Source: Monocercomonoides exilis PA203 | Taxonomy: Eukaryota > Protista > Preaxostyla | Length of the DNA stretch: 64,000 bases | Reading direction: 5' to 3' | Assembly: GCA_001643675.2 (NCBI GenBank) | Contig: LSRY02000049.1 | Span: 496,001-560,000, forward strand | Shown: one piece after another, positions 1 through 14,351 of the stretch | How the letters are laid out: every line of letters starts with the position of its first letter | Numbering within the stretch: the first letter of the stretch is position 1 | The notes under the pieces: model-generated | What the model was told of the DNA's origin: nothing | The model's database searches: none | What the model saw: the letters and a program-made list of their open reading frames with translations, nothing else | Made by a program: the position numbers and the translations under genes

Positions 1-310
1 CGTTAAATATTGAATTGAAGAAACTGAGAGATCTGGTTCAAAAAGTTCAGGAAGAAGGGTCTGCATTTGTTTGACAATAAAAAGCGTTCCTCTCCATAAA
101 TTTTCATCTGAAAGCAAAGATTTTGCAAGAGGTGATATAACTTTTATTTCATTTTCAGCTGTTGTCTCCGCATTTAAAAATTCTCGCTTTGTTTCTGAGT
201 GTGGAATACGTTGTTCCAAATAAAACGTTTCATCGCAAGAGCAACTCTTCTGATATGAAGTTTTTATTTTTGATTTTGTATTAACGCTTTGATTTGCTGT
301 GCAATCTATT
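1..310 (-). CDS. Partial exon of a hypothetical protein running off the window start
   Basis: Stop-free minus-strand frame (IDCTANQSVNTKSKIKTSYQKSCSCDETFYLEQRIP...LFEPDLSVSSIQYLT) directly after a TTTTTTTAG acceptor at 311; no recognisable domain; not in the ORF track (no ATG). Confidence 0.35.
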
Positions 311-655
311 CTAAAAAAATGAATAAAATTTTTTTGTTTCAAAAAATTACAAAAAATTTGGATATAACATTTCGCGAGGATCTTCATAAATAACTGAGCC
401 ACTTCCATTCAGCTTTTCCCTCACAATGGACAAAGTTGACATTTGTTGATAAAAAGATTTTTTTATCCTGAAATGTCTGATCTTGTGATTCTGTACTTAC
501 AGGTTTGATCACAACAAACTGAGAAGGGAACAAAAAACTCATGAAATGGAAATATCTTCAAAATGGAACGTCACAAACATTTATTTTGAAGCAAGTGCTA
601 TTTGAAAAATTTGATAAAAAGAAAGAAAAAAAAAAGAAAAAATTGATTGAATAGA

Positions 656-660
<5 letters not shown>

Positions 661-712
<52 letters not shown>
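661..712. repeat. (TA)n microsatellite, ~26 units
   Basis: Directly visible. Confidence 0.97.
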
Positions 713-714
<2 letters not shown>

Positions 715-2012
715 AAAAGATGTTATATTTCAGCATAGCTGTGCAACTTGAAAAAGAGTGTGTCTTCATGTCAACAAGTTTTAAATATCAAGTTCAGTGA
801 TTTTTATTTTTTTTATTTTTTTTGAATAAATTTTTTTTCAAAAATATTATTAAACTTTTTCATTTTGCAATATCAAACATACATGAAATGAAAATGTTTA
901 TGAAATAAATGCTGATGACTTTGAAGGATTTTCAAACTCAAGAATTAGCTCATATTTTCTTTTCGTTCTTTATAACAATTCCACATTAAAGAAAGACTTA
1001 AGAATATGCCAAAAAATGAGACATAAAAATTCCAAGAAAAAATAATCACTCAAAAACCATCAGATTGAATCAAAAAACATTGAAAAATCGAGAGAAATAA
1101 TTGTTAACAAAATTATCGACTCAGCTTTCATCATTTATAAAAAAAAGACTCTTTATTCGAGAAGCAAAACACAAACAACGATTATCGAACACGTTTTCAT
1201 TGTTGTTCTCTCTCGTCAAATAGCTCTCAAATCACAAGTTTTCATTTCTCTTCTCTCATTCGCGATAACACAAAAAACTGCTTTCAACAGAAACGTTGAA
1301 TACAGAAAAACATTTTCACTTTTCTTTCCAATAATAATTCACCTGATAAAAACTTCGTTTTTCCACCCGTGATAAACTTCTTTTTTTTCCCAATAATCCA
1401 AACGAACAATTTTATTGCTTTGAATAAAATGTGAAAATAATTTGTGAATCTTTTTGAAACAACAAATGATTCATAATAATTCAAAAATGCCTTCTCAATC
1501 AATTTATTGGTGTGATGTGTGTCGAAGATGATTTTGTTAAAAAAACAGAAAACTACATATTAACATGAACGAAGAAATATGGAGAAGAATTCAACAGAAG
1601 CCAGTTGCATTGTGCAAACTGGCATTGTTAAAAAAAAAACAATGGTTAATATTCTCGGATGAGAAAAACAAAATTCTACATACAAATGTTTCAAAAATAC
1701 TAATCTTACTGAAAAAATTGAAACAAAAAACTATTACTCAATTCATAATAGTTCACATGATAAATACATATTCACATGACATCCACAAAACAGCTCACAT
1801 GATCGCGATGAAATGTAATTGCTGGATTATTGCATATCAACATATCAACAAAATGTTCAAGCAGCCATTCGAACTTTTGCTTTGCTGTAATCTGAAAATC
1901 CCAAACGAAAAACTTCATTCAGCAACAAGCAATTAATGCTTTGACAATAATTGCACAGACAATACATACATAATTTGATTGTTCTTTTTTTTCTTTCCAA
2001 TTTTATCTTCTT

Positions 2013-5000
2013 TCATTGATTTGATCCAGAGCAAGATGCAAGGCGTCGAAGCTCAGAAACATTCACATTCGAATCTCCATCGTATGTGATCGCATCCGAA
2101 ACGGTGAATATCACAGCTCCAGCCGGAAAGTTCTCGAACAGCTCCCGCTTCATCCCAATCAGCGTCGGCCTGGCTTTCTTGTCTTCTGAAAGCGCTTCCA
2201 GGACCACTTCGTCATACGACGAGCTCGCCTTCGAGCAGTTCGGCCTCTCCCCATTCAGAATCTTCTGCCCCGCCACCACTGCCTCATACTCCCCAAACGG
2301 GATCTTCAGCGTCACACACTCCCACAGCATCATCCCAATCGAAAACACAACCGTCTTCTTCGTCGCATGCTTCGTTGTTCCATTCAGCAGCTCTGGCGCC
2401 TTCCACCTCATGCACTCCTTCCTGTTGTCTTCCTCATCCTCAAAGGCAGACGAGGGCAGTGAGTCTCTGTCATCATCATCACTTGTTGATGTGACAACAG
2501 TTGACGAAGAAATGGATGATGAATCAGAGCCGTCTGATAAAAGGTCTGAGTGCATCACAATGCAGATGACCATGTGTTCTGAGAAGAGAACAATGTGAGG
2601 ACTCAGATTGGAAAGTGACTGAAGCTTGTTTTCCATTTCATCAAATGAATGAAGAGCTCCATTCGCCACCCAGAACAGGATCTGTGCAGCTGTCTGCTCC
2701 CGCTCCTGCAGAGTGCCTATCGCCATCTCTTTTTTCTCATTCTTTCCATGAAGCAACATAAACAGTGAATCCCTCAAGTCAACAATCAATTTCTCATGGG
2801 GAGACGAGCAGGCCATTGCATCCACCAGATTCGACATTGATGAGGTTGTTGGACATAGATCCTCCCCTCGAACAAAAGTTGAATCAGAATCGGTCGTTGA
2901 AGTGGATGAGATGGATGGAGAAGGAGTTCTCTTTCTAATTTCTTCTTCTTCATCTTTCTCCAGAATCCATTGAGGGATCTTGTCTGAATCTCTTCCAAGG
3001 ATATATTCAGTCGATCCGCTCTCAGATAGAAGATGCTCTGATGATTCTGAATGCCCAAAGCTTTTCTCATACACCCTCTTCTTTATTCTCTCTTCATTCT
3101 TCTTCTCTGCTCTCCTCCACTGCTCCTCAGGAGACATCTCCATCGTCACCATTTCAAACGCCTTCGGATCTTTCTTCACAGTCTCATTCACAATCTCTTC
3201 TAATTCCCTTGTTCTTCTCTTTTGCTTTTTCCATCGAACAACAAACAGAATAAATCCAATGAGAACAATCAAAAACAAAACAGTTAATACAACAACAATA
3301 ATTGTCCATATTGACTTTCCTTTCTTTCCTCCTTCAACAATCCTTTCATCTCCATTAACCTTCGGCTCACTTTTATTTTTGATGATGAACGATTCTGTCG
3401 ATGAAGGAGAATCTGCTTTCCCAAACACAATGCATACGCTTACTTCTGTCTCTTCTCTCACTTTCTCCAGTTCTGAACATGAAATAATTGTTGATATTTC
3501 ATTCTCTGACACAAACCCTTCTTCTTCAACCCCCTTTCTCACAATCTCCTCTTCACCCCCATTTTTCATGCTCATCTTCACTGACAAATCACATGGCAAA
3601 AGCAGCTTCCCATGAATCATCAACTCCGCATTCCCATTTGGCAGATTAATATTTTTCACCTCTTCCAAAACAGGGATGAAATACGATGATCCTCTTTCTC
3701 CTGCTATCCCTCCCAATTCGCATCCCTCATCCAATATCCACAATGATGAGTTATCCTTCCATCCATCTCCCCCTTTCACACTCACAACATTCAACTCCCC
3801 ATTCCCTTCACAAATCACATTCCTTCGGGCTGATGGATATCCCTCAATCAATGGGTTGTTGTTCTCAAACTTTCCATTTTCAATCTTCACACTTCCTCCA
3901 CTCGCCCACAGCCCCCCTGCCTTGCTCTGCATAATCATTGTTTCTTTCATCTCCACTTTGCTGTTTTCAACATCAACCAATGACCCATTCCATTTGCACA
4001 ATTCCTCATTTTTTCTTTCAACTTCCTCATTGATAATCTCATCTTCTTTTTCTCCATCAAACACACATGCCTCAACCTTCACTTCCTTGGATCGTCTTAT
4101 CTGCATCATGCTTCCCTTGTCAACTGAATTCACACATTTTCCAAATGAGCAATTCAGCACACTCTCCTCTTGTTCAGCATCTTCCATTGAAACAACACAT
4201 CTTTCTGACAACAGAGTTACATTCTCAATCATCATGATCTTCATCTCCACCTTCGCTTTTCCTCCAACACTCGCAACATCTTCCTCACATTTGATATTCA
4301 AAATACTCGTTTCAAGCAACATCACATTTGACTCTTCATGGAATGAAAGAACTGATAATATTGAATTCAAATCCCTGAATGTTGTTTCTGATATCTTCAG
4401 TTCTCCTTTTTCAATACTCACAACAGAACTGTTCAGCTTCATATCAACCGCTGTTGCTGAGAAGAAGAATTCACATTTTTGGATCTCCATCGACCCGTTT
4501 GTCACTTTCATGATGCAGCTGTGAGTTGCCTCAAACGAATCTTCAAACTGAAATGAGCACCTCTCCACTGAACATTCATTCACAAACTCCATGATGCAAT
4601 CCTTCTCACCTGACTTCTCAATCTTGGAATTCAATTTCACAATTGCCTGTGTCTTTTTGAATGAACTCACAACAAGGTCTCCAATCACACACTCCTTCCT
4701 CACAGTCCCTTCTCCATCAATCAGAATCGCATTCATCACCCCTTCCTGGATGTGCCCAACTCCACAGTTGATGCTGGAACAAGAGTTGCTCTGTGCCCCA
4801 CACCCCCTCCCATCTGTCCCTCTCCTACTCACAAACACCTGTGCCAAATAATAGAATGTGATCAGCGGAATCAGATCAACATCTTCCTCGCTCTCAATAT
4901 TCCTCCCGCAGATAGAGTTGTTCGAGTTCAGTGACTCCTGATTGTAGTTCAAAATAAATAGTGTTTCGTTGATTTGATGAGCAATCGAGAGGCATCTGAC

Positions 5001-8000
5001 AAATATGTCTTTTCCAGAAAATGCATCATTCATCACGAACAGCATGTTCACAATCTTGAAATTCAGAGGTGGAATCTGAGTTTCATCATCATAATTGGCA
5101 TTTGGATCAGACCCATCGATAAACAGCCCTCCACCTCGCCCAGTTTCACTCGAACATTTGCAAGTCGAAAATGAGCTCCCATTCACTTTCAACACTGATT
5201 CTTCACTCTTCAGCACCACTTTCACTCCTCCTCCTTCATCACTCAAACTGCTCTTGCAACTCGACATCGAACACTCATCTATCACACATTCCACTCCATG
5301 CTCAAATGATCCCACTTCAATACCACTTGCTCCATTCCCTTCATTTGTGATGTTCGCAAATGAACACCCAACAACCCTCAAAATTGGTTTGTTACCATTT
5401 GAATGAGTGCTTTTATCTCCGCTCATCAGGTTTCCCTCTTCTATCATCGAAATCAGGCTTCTTTCTTTCACACTTGCAAACGAAATGTTCACATTCTGAA
5501 GTGTCACCTCAGCTGCACTTGGGCTGAAGGCGATCAATCCTTTCAACTCTGAAATCAAGCTCAACGAACACCTCTCAATCACAACATCCCCTCCATTCAC
5601 TCTCATCACACAATATCCTGCTGTCTCTGTCAACCCGGCCAATGAACCAAATGAGCAATCAGAAACAGACAATAAGGTGTTTGCTCCAGAGGATTCAATA
5701 AATACTTCATGCTGTGTGGTCATGGTTAGCTTGGTGAATGACACATTCACAATTGACAAACTCACATTCGAGGATATCATTGAACAACCATCCAAATCAT
5801 TCTCATCTTCATCACTTATCGTTACAGCTGTCCCTTTCTTTGTTCCTTCAATCACCACTTTTGATGAATCTGAAATTGATGATGAAAATAATATAGAGTG
5901 GCTCAGCAACCCTGATACCACAATGGCAATATGTGTTTCCCCTTCTCCAAGTGTTGGATATCTCAGTGAAATCAAATGATCAATTGATGAGCATGGTGCT
6001 TCAGAATATCCACACCCACTGAAGTCTCCTCCTTTCTCTTTCGACACAAACCCATCCCCACTCCAGTTCCTCCACAAATACACAACCAATGGAATCACAT
6101 ATCCCTCCTCTCCTGTTGTCTTCCTCTCCCACCCACACAGTTCATCCAATGATCCCAGCTCCTCTGAACTCATCTCCCATTTGAAATGCTCCTTGTTCAC
6201 AATCTCACTCAGATCCCATCCCGAAACAAACACATTCTTCCCTTTCCAGGCATAGCATCCCTCAAATATCATTCCTTCAAGAACAAATGATCCCATTTGC
6301 TCGGACAATTTCACAAACGTCCCTCCTCCCACTCCTCTTCCTCCATCCTCTCTATCTTCTGTTGGCACTTCACACCCAGACAAATTCACCTTTTTCATTT
6401 CCAAACTCCCTCCCTTTCCCACTGATATCTTCATTCCTCCCCCTTTCATCCCACTCCCCCCTGAACACACTGATGACAAATTGCATCCTTCAATATTCAC
6501 ACCCCCTCCTTCCTTCATCTCCACATTCAAACATCCCCCTCCAATTCCACCTGTCACTTCCATTCCACTCATTCTGCTGTCATTCATCTCCAATTCAACT
6601 CCGTTTGTGATCTCTATTGGTGATTTCTCATTCATTCTCACTCCCAATTCCATCACAAATCCATTAGCAATCAGCCTTCCTCCCTCAATACAAATCACAT
6701 TGAATCCAATCAATTCATCGTCTCCAAATGAGATTGAACAGCTGGTCATTGTGATGGTCGATGAGGAGGAGGAGTGGATAAATGCACGTCTCCTCCCATT
6801 CATTTGTTCATTCAACACAAATGCCAATTTTCCAATCTCAAATGATTTTGAACATTCAATAAGGTTGTTTTGGGAAAACGATCCTTCATCTCTCACCGAC
6901 ACTCTCATCCCCTCTTCTTTCCCTGAAACACAAACCTCAAATGAAACAACTTTCATTTCACTGTTTATCCATGATTCTGAAACAACTTCAATTTCATTCA
7001 CAGTGCTGCTCGCTCTCTTGTTCACACAATAGTCAATCGTCACACACCCAAACTCCTCAAACCCACAATAATCATGATCCAGTGCCCTCTCTCCTTTCCC
7101 GTCAACTCTCAATTTTGAGCCAATTGAACACAAATACACAAACAGTGGAATCACTTCCTCTTCTCTCCCATCCTCACTCCCACACAACTTCAGAATATCT
7201 GACGGAATCACACTTGACTCAAAAAACTCAAATGAACTCCCATTCACTTTCGACTCCAACAACACTCCTCTTCCACAATCAACAAACACATCCTTCCCAT
7301 TTTCAGCTTCAATATTTCCTCCAAACAAATCCTGTGTTCCTGATTCAATCTTCAATGAACCATCCCTGCTCTCCATCACAATCATCATCCCTCCCCCTCT
7401 TCCTTCACTTCCACCTGAACTCTCCCTTGAACCCTTCGCCTCACACCCATCAATCACACAACCCCCATTCACAACAACACTCCCTTCCCCCTTCACAACA
7501 ACACTCATCCCTCCTCCCCTTCCACAAACACACCTGCACCCCTTCACAACACACGATTCAATCACAATCATCCCATTCTTCTCCTCATCCCCTTCTGCTC
7601 CAACCACCCCACTCACCCATCCTCCATCTCCTCTTCTCTTCTCAATGTTGTTCACCTCACATCCACAAACCACAACTGATTCCACCCCTTCACCAAACTC
7701 GACCAGTGAATGTTCTCCAAATCTCAAGGTCTCTGTGATCACCAATCCCTCCACTTTCACTTTTCACCCAATCACATTCACAAAACAATATCCAATGGAA
7801 TTCTCTGATGAACAAACAACAGAACAGTCAGTGAGCGTGAGGAGTGTGGAGTTGGATGTGATCAGAGATGATGATGATGCACCAGACAGAGCAGATGGAA
7901 TACTGAACTTGATGTTTCTCATTGAACACTTGCTCTGAACATCAATCAGACATGACGACTCAAAATTCTCTGGTGCTTTCACCCCAACCTCCACCCCTTT

Positions 8001-11000
8001 TCTCGCACAGGAAATCTCCCATTCATTGCCATCTGTCATTCCAACTGCCTCACAAAGCTCAAATCCTGAATCCAATTCGATCTTCTTGTTTGTGTCTGCA
8101 TATCTCACCTGCGCTGCATGCGTGATGGTGGCACACGGATAATAGTCAAATCCACAGAACCACGAGTCATATCCACCCAGCCCATCCTTCCCCTTCCCCA
8201 CATGTGCTGCATCTGGATATGAATCCAAATACACATTCAGTGGGAACAGCCCCATCGTTGTGTCGCTCCGATCATATCCCACCAGCTCATTGTAATTTGA
8301 ATCGTCATGTTGGACATTCAGCTTTTCTCTTGTTATTCCCCAATTCACCGAATTGCTCCCATTCACAAACACATAATTCCCCCCCAATGAAGCAGAACAC
8401 CCTGAAAAGTCAACTGACACAATCGAGAAGTCAATTGAGTTGTCAGCCAAATACAACATCATCCCTCCTCCATATTTCCAACTTGTGCATCTCTTGATTG
8501 TTGTTGTTGCTTCAACCTGGAGCTTGCTTGTATCTGTTTCCAACTCAACATTGATCCCTCCTCCACTGCCATCCTCACACTTGCAATCTTCGATTGTCAC
8601 ATTCTGAACAACAAATGTCTCCCCTTCTGCCACACTCTTTGCCACAGCCACTCCATCTCCTTCAGTCAACTTCACATTCTTCACAGACAAGTTCACAATC
8701 ATGCTTTCTCCAGATACTGTGGATGACAAAAACAGGGCAGATGAGGAGGAAGAAGAAGAAGACAAATCAGGTTCAGAGAACAATGATTTTGAGACATTCA
8801 TATTTATGATCTCCACATCGGTCATCAACAGCTGCGACAGCGGCACCACAAACACTGACGACGATATCACATAGTTTCCTGAAGAAATACTCGTGGTGAT
8901 CACAACATCTTCCAATGAGAGTGACCCACCTCCATCAGACACCACAACCACACTCGGCGAAGGATTTGCACTTGAGTTGCAATCAACCTTCATGTGCAAA
9001 AAACCAAGATAACCTGTTGTCACACTGAACAGTGTTCCTACCGATGAAAGTGTCCCTGTTCCAATCGAACTTGCTTCCCTTCCCTTCCCAATGACTGAAA
9101 TCTTCTTTATCCCAATCTCAATCGTTGTTGTCTCGCTTGTGTGATTCCCGTCCATCAGTGTGATTGTTAAGCAAATCTGTACCTCACACATCTCAAGCGC
9201 CTTCTTCACTGTCAGACATGGGCATGACTCGTTTGCCCCACATTGCTCATTTGAGTCATTTCCATTCACAGAAACAAAAACCGTCTTTTCTATCAGCCAA
9301 TCCTTCTTTTCTGTTTGTTTATATGACCAGTTGTTATCAGTGTAATTATATCCGTAGCACACTCTATGTTCATTTGCGTTTGTTGTGAAGCATTCAAAGA
9401 ACGGATTTCCAGAAGAATGAAAAAGATCATAGTGCACATAAAACATTACATCATGCCCATATGGAGTGGATGTTGTTCTGCATATGCATTCATGAAAGAA
9501 GAGGAAATAACAATAAATGCCATCACTTGGAGCTATTGATTTGTCTGGATACATCCACAATGCCCCTCCACATGAAAATGCTGAGCATGAAAAAAACTGA
9601 ATGCTTCTCATTTTGAATTGTTCAGGTGCGTATCTGCAAAAAAGACCTCCTCCATGATTTGTTGAAATTGAGCATAAGGTGAAACGGCAGTCAAACACGC
9701 ACACACTCTCCCCTTCTCCTTTTTCATTTCCAATGCGATCTGTTCCTGAAAACTGAAATAATTCAAGATAAAGTCCTCCTCCCCAGCTGATTGCCTTGCA
9801 GTTCTCAAAGTTACATAAGCTGATCCGAACGCACGATGAAATCGAATAAGCATACAATCCTCCTCCATATTGATTTTGAGCATTGCAAGAGCTGAATGAG
9901 TTGTTTTCAATTTTAATCGACTTGATTGAACGGCACATGATCCCGCCTCCGCGACTGAATGCAAAACAATTGTTAAACAAACAATGTGAAACAGAGAGCT
10001 CTCCGTTTCCAAGATTGTGCATGTAGATGGCACCTCCACTTGACACTCCATCTTCATATGAATCACTTTTTCCAGTTGTCTTCGATCCGTTCCATTCACA
10101 CCAAGTGAATGAATTCGCTCCATTATCTGTTTCGTTCCGTCTTCCTGGAGTCAACTTTCCATCTGCATTTCCTTCACATACAACATTTCTTGTCCGACAA
10201 CACCCAACGAATGAGGTGTTTGAGGCTATTAAGGAAGCCAAGGGGTCATTGAGGGAATGAACAATACCTCCATCATATGCATCACAAACTGATGAAAATG
10301 AGCAGCTGCTCATAAAATATGTGGTTTGGTTTGATGTAATTGTTGGAGATGGACAATCTGAAGGTGCTGTTGAGATGTTGAAAAACGTCAAATGAGAGAG
10401 AGATGCAAGATGAATGGAGGGTGATGAAAGGAATGGAGCAGCTGATAGACAAAACGAAGAAAAGCTGGATTTCGTCAAGGAAATAATGGCAGATTTCGAT
10501 TCGCCGTTTTCGATCTGTTTGGAAGTGAAAAGAGGAGGAAATGCACTCAAACCTTCATCTTTTGACCTCAGAGAAATGTTCACAAATGACCCAAAACTCC
10601 CGATCAGTTCTATCGGTGGAGAATGTTTCTCAACAAAAAGGATGCACTCTTTCATTAAAACAATGCATAGACTATTCGCAGTGAGTGTCTTTTTTGCTCC
10701 TTTTTCTCTCATCAGCAGGCCCATTTCCATGATTGACGAATTGAAACAATTAAACCACCCCTCTATTTCACAAGACTGACAACAATTTGGCTTCATCAAA
10801 ATTCCATTTTCTCTTCCATATTCTTTATTATACTTTTCTTCATCTTTGTGATAACTTCTTCCACCAATTTCACTCAACTTCATTTCCTCAATTGGTCTTC
10901 TTCCATCTTCTTCATATTCAATCAGCTCGTCATTTGAAGAATTTTTGTTTGTTTGAAGCAGATTTCCATCAACTTGAATCACTTTTTCTTCTTTCACATT

Positions 11001-11099
11001 TTCTCCATTCCAACTTGAATTATCTTTTGTGAAAGCAGTATTAATACAATGCAAACAAATACTCAAAACAATCATCCCCATTCCTGACAGTGTTCTCAT
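2013..11099 (-). CDS. Giant single-pass receptor-like protein A (signal peptide, beta-helix-like ectodomain with 5 Cys-capped modules, TM, degenerate TK/TKL-like pseudokinase); one internal in-frame TGA at 7764-7766 (possible pseudogene)
   Basis: ORFs 7764..11099 and 2013..7760 are in the same frame (..FVNVIG*KVKVEGL..), 3029 codons in total. Hydrophobic N-terminus MRTLSGMGMIVLSICLHCINTA. Repeated GGG(M/L/I), FxxC and VxVS..G.D...CG....PC.(S/T)I motifs. TM IWTIIVVVLTVLFLIVLIGFILFVV followed by RWKKQKRR. Kinase C-lobe motifs RWKAPE and VFSIGMMLWECVTLKIPF. Confidence 0.85.
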
Positions 11100-11700
11100 T
11101 TTCCTTCACGAAAACAACGAGATTTTTCTTTTCTGTGATTCACTAACTTTAATAGTGGGTGAATAATTATTTTTTTTTTCCTGCAAAATTGTTTGAAGGA
11201 TTGAAACACTACTGTTTGTTGCATTGGTTTCAAAATATTTAATAATAAAACTTTTTGTGAACTTTCATGTTATTGTATATCGCAAAAGAAAATTGAAAAA
11301 TTAATTATTAGTTGAAGGATGGAACTGTTTCAACTCCATGCAAGCATGAATCAAATAAAAAATTTTAAGAAACAAAGGTTTTTTTGTAACACATTTGCAA
11401 GATTTGTTCATCTGTATATTTTTCACTGGATAAGTATTATTATTATTTTTATTATTAGGGTGATTCATAAACCAAGACTTTTTTAAAAACCCTGACTTTT
11501 TTTAAAATTCATATTTCTCGACGAGTTTCAAAAATAAAATTATAATAATTGACACAATTATGCATTAGTGCATAACACATCTAACTATATACAAATTTTT
11601 ATTTGTTGTGTTGTATATTTTTTGGAATAAATAATTTTTATTTTTGAAAATCCGACTTTTGATGAATTTTTCTATTTTAATAAAACGATTCAGCTCATCT

Positions 11701-13887
11701 GGCAAGTTCCAAGTATATGGACCATCGATATTAAAATTTTTGTATATTAAAAACGAAATAAAATGATATGTTAATTAATACAAAATTAGTTTTTTCAGTC
11801 GAAAAAGTGTTTTCAAAAACTTTCCATTTTTCATTTGATCTATCCCATAATATTTTCTTGCTTTTTACAGGTTTGAAATTTTTGTTTATTGTTCGAAATG
11901 AACACTTTTCGAACTTTTATGTTATTGATATTGAATAGGAATCGTCAACGCTTATGCTTGTGAAAAAAGTGGAAAGAAGAATTTGTTCTGCTTATTTGCA
12001 GCACTGTTCAAGTTTTTCGACAATAAATGGATCATAACGAAGAAATAAACAAGAGATGCATATATTTATTTTGATGAGCAGCGAGAAACAAAATTTTCAA
12101 TATTGACGAGTTCGTGAAAGGAGTAGCTGTTGAACCTATTTTGAAGGAGATTTAGAGATCAACATTGTTTAAAGAAATGGCTCAAGAATGCAAGGAGTTT
12201 ATTTAACATGTTTCAAGGTGTCTGAAAGAAAAGACATTCGATGAAATGGAAAAAGAATAAATCAGAAAAAAGTGAAAACAGAAATATATTCTAAAAGATT
12301 GAAGAGAAAGGATATGATGTTGAAATTGTTTGTTCTCATGAAACATTTAATTTTTTCAAAAGAAAAATAAGTTCACCTGCTCTATCGTTGGATTTTGAAG
12401 ACGATTTTATCAATGTTTGAGTTATGAAATTCATTTGATTTTTTGACTCAAAAACTATCTTTTTCAATTTTCATCATTTGACAAATTCGCAAAAAACAAT
12501 TAATCGAATAATTATCAATAAAGCTTTTTCAACCTTCTGCAAAAAAAGAAAAATCAAAAATCCATATTTATTTCTTCTTTTTCACATAAATACACAAAGA
12601 ACAAATTATTGCCAAATGTTATCTTCAAGAAGATTCATATTATATCAGGTGTTCAATTATTCATTGGTCGCTTTGCATCCTCTCGATTGTCTTGCGTGCT
12701 CTCTATCTTTCTGCATTTTCAAACAATTTCAAGAACGAAAAGGATAAGAATGAAATGATATTTCTTTATAGGAATGCAAAAAAAAAATGAAGAAAAACTA
12801 TTTGTTGAAGAATCCATACAAAAATATCGTTTTAGTGGAATAAAACAGCAAAAAACCAGACGACGATTGAAAAACATGGGAATGCCACTCTAAAACAGCT
12901 TGGTTGAAGAAGTTACACATGATTGAATTCTCTATTTCCCTCATTATATATTTTCTCTCTTTCTCTATTTCTCTTTTGCTCGAAATATTTTTGTCAAATT
13001 CAACAAATTTATGTGTCATAAGCCTTCACTTCTATTTCATTCATCGTTTGAAAGTGATAGAATACCAATTGATCTCAGTGGCATGCAGTCATATCAAAAC
13101 AGAAGGTTTCAAAAAAAAAGGAGAACAACTTTTTGAAGTTAACTGGTTGCTGATTGTTGCACTTTATCTTTTGTGTGTGAGTGCAACGAAAAATATGAAG
13201 ATTGCACTTATCACGTATATGTATTTACAAAAAAGATAGAAATATTTTGTGAAAACAGTGATTATTTGTGGTGTCAAGGTGAGAATGAAGTGTGGGCGAA
13301 TAATTGAGAACAATAAATAAAGCGAGTTAAGAATTTCATTTCATAGGCTGATTAACGAGATTTGTTATTGATGCTTGCAAGCTATCTTTCTATAACTCCT
13401 TCTGCCTCATGGTTTTCACTGTTGTTACTGGCACTGATTCATCACCAGTTGCCTTTATTTCTATATTTTCATCCTTTTTGCAGTTCTTCACTTGAATAAA
13501 TATTCAAAAATCTTTTATTCAAAAACAAATTTTGCAAAAACAAATTAAAAATATTGAGAATAACTTAAAAATAAATAACATAAAACATGTGCATCGTTAA
13601 ACATTCATAACGTTGAAAATCCGAAAGCAACAACATGCACAAACGATTCTAATTCAACATCAATAACATTAAAGTTCGAAAAGTGTTCATTTCGAACAAT
13701 AAACAAAAATTTCAAACCTGTAAAAAGCAAGAAAATATTATGGGATAGATCAAATGAAAAATGGAAAGTTTTTGAAAACACTTTTTCGACTGAAAAAACT
13801 AATTTTGTATTAATTAACATATCATTTTATTTCGTTTTTAATATACAAAAATTTTAATATCGATGGTCCATATACTTGGAACTTGCC
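11701..13887. mobile_element. Non-autonomous long-TIR element (~245 bp terminal inverted repeats)
   Basis: 11701-~11945 (GGCAAGTTCCAAGTATATGGACCATCG...) is the near-perfect reverse complement of ~13643-13887 (...CGATGGTCCATATACTTGGAACTTGCC); no transposase inside; no TSD visible. Confidence 0.75.
11960..12420 (+). pseudogene. Decayed 3' fragment of a helical, Glu/Lys-rich protein gene enclosed by the TIRs
   Basis: Reads EKKWKEEFVLLICSTVQVFRQ*MDHNEEINKRCIYLF**AARNKIFNIDEFVKGVAVEPILKEI*RSTLFKEMAQECKEFI*HVSRCLKEKTFDEMEKE, then after a frameshift KIEEKGYDVEIVCSHETFNFF..DFEDDFINV*. From memory it resembles the C-terminus of a highly expanded Monocercomonoides family. Confidence 0.55.
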
Positions 13888-14351
13888 ACAAATTTTTTCA
13901 TTTCAGGCATTTTCATTGAAAAATTATGCTCTTTTCATTGATTTTTTATATCAAAAAACACAATAAAAAAGTGACAATAAATTGTCATTCGTGAAATGTT
14001 GGAAAACTATTTGTTTTGATTTCAACGATGCCTGTTTTCGGATCTGAAAATCAAACTTATTTTGAAATCCGAGAAAGTGAAAAATCGTTATGGATGAAGC
14101 AATTTTTTTGTGCTTTGTTCAAAAACAGCTTGAAAGTCCGTATTTTCCCCCATACGAAAAATTTTCGTCCCAAAAAAAGTTATTATTTAAAAAAATAATT
14201 ACTAAAATATTCCAAAAAAATGTTGAAAATCAAAAATTCTAATATTATTCATAAGTATTAAAACGAAAAATTGAATAACGAAATGAGTATTTGTGTTTTA
14301 TATGTTCTCACAAACTAAATTCATTTCGGAATGATTTCAAATATATTTTTT

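Noticed and set aside
581-769. ORF with YIYIYI run
   Set aside because: Translation of the (TA)n microsatellite
1284-1936. Short ORFs downstream of receptor A
   Set aside because: AT-rich Lys/Ile/Phe-biased translations without motifs; likely intergenic
7764-7766. Selenocysteine at the internal TGA of receptor A
   Set aside because: The position corresponds to Gly in sibling modules, not Cys, and I see no SECIS-like hairpin after the gene
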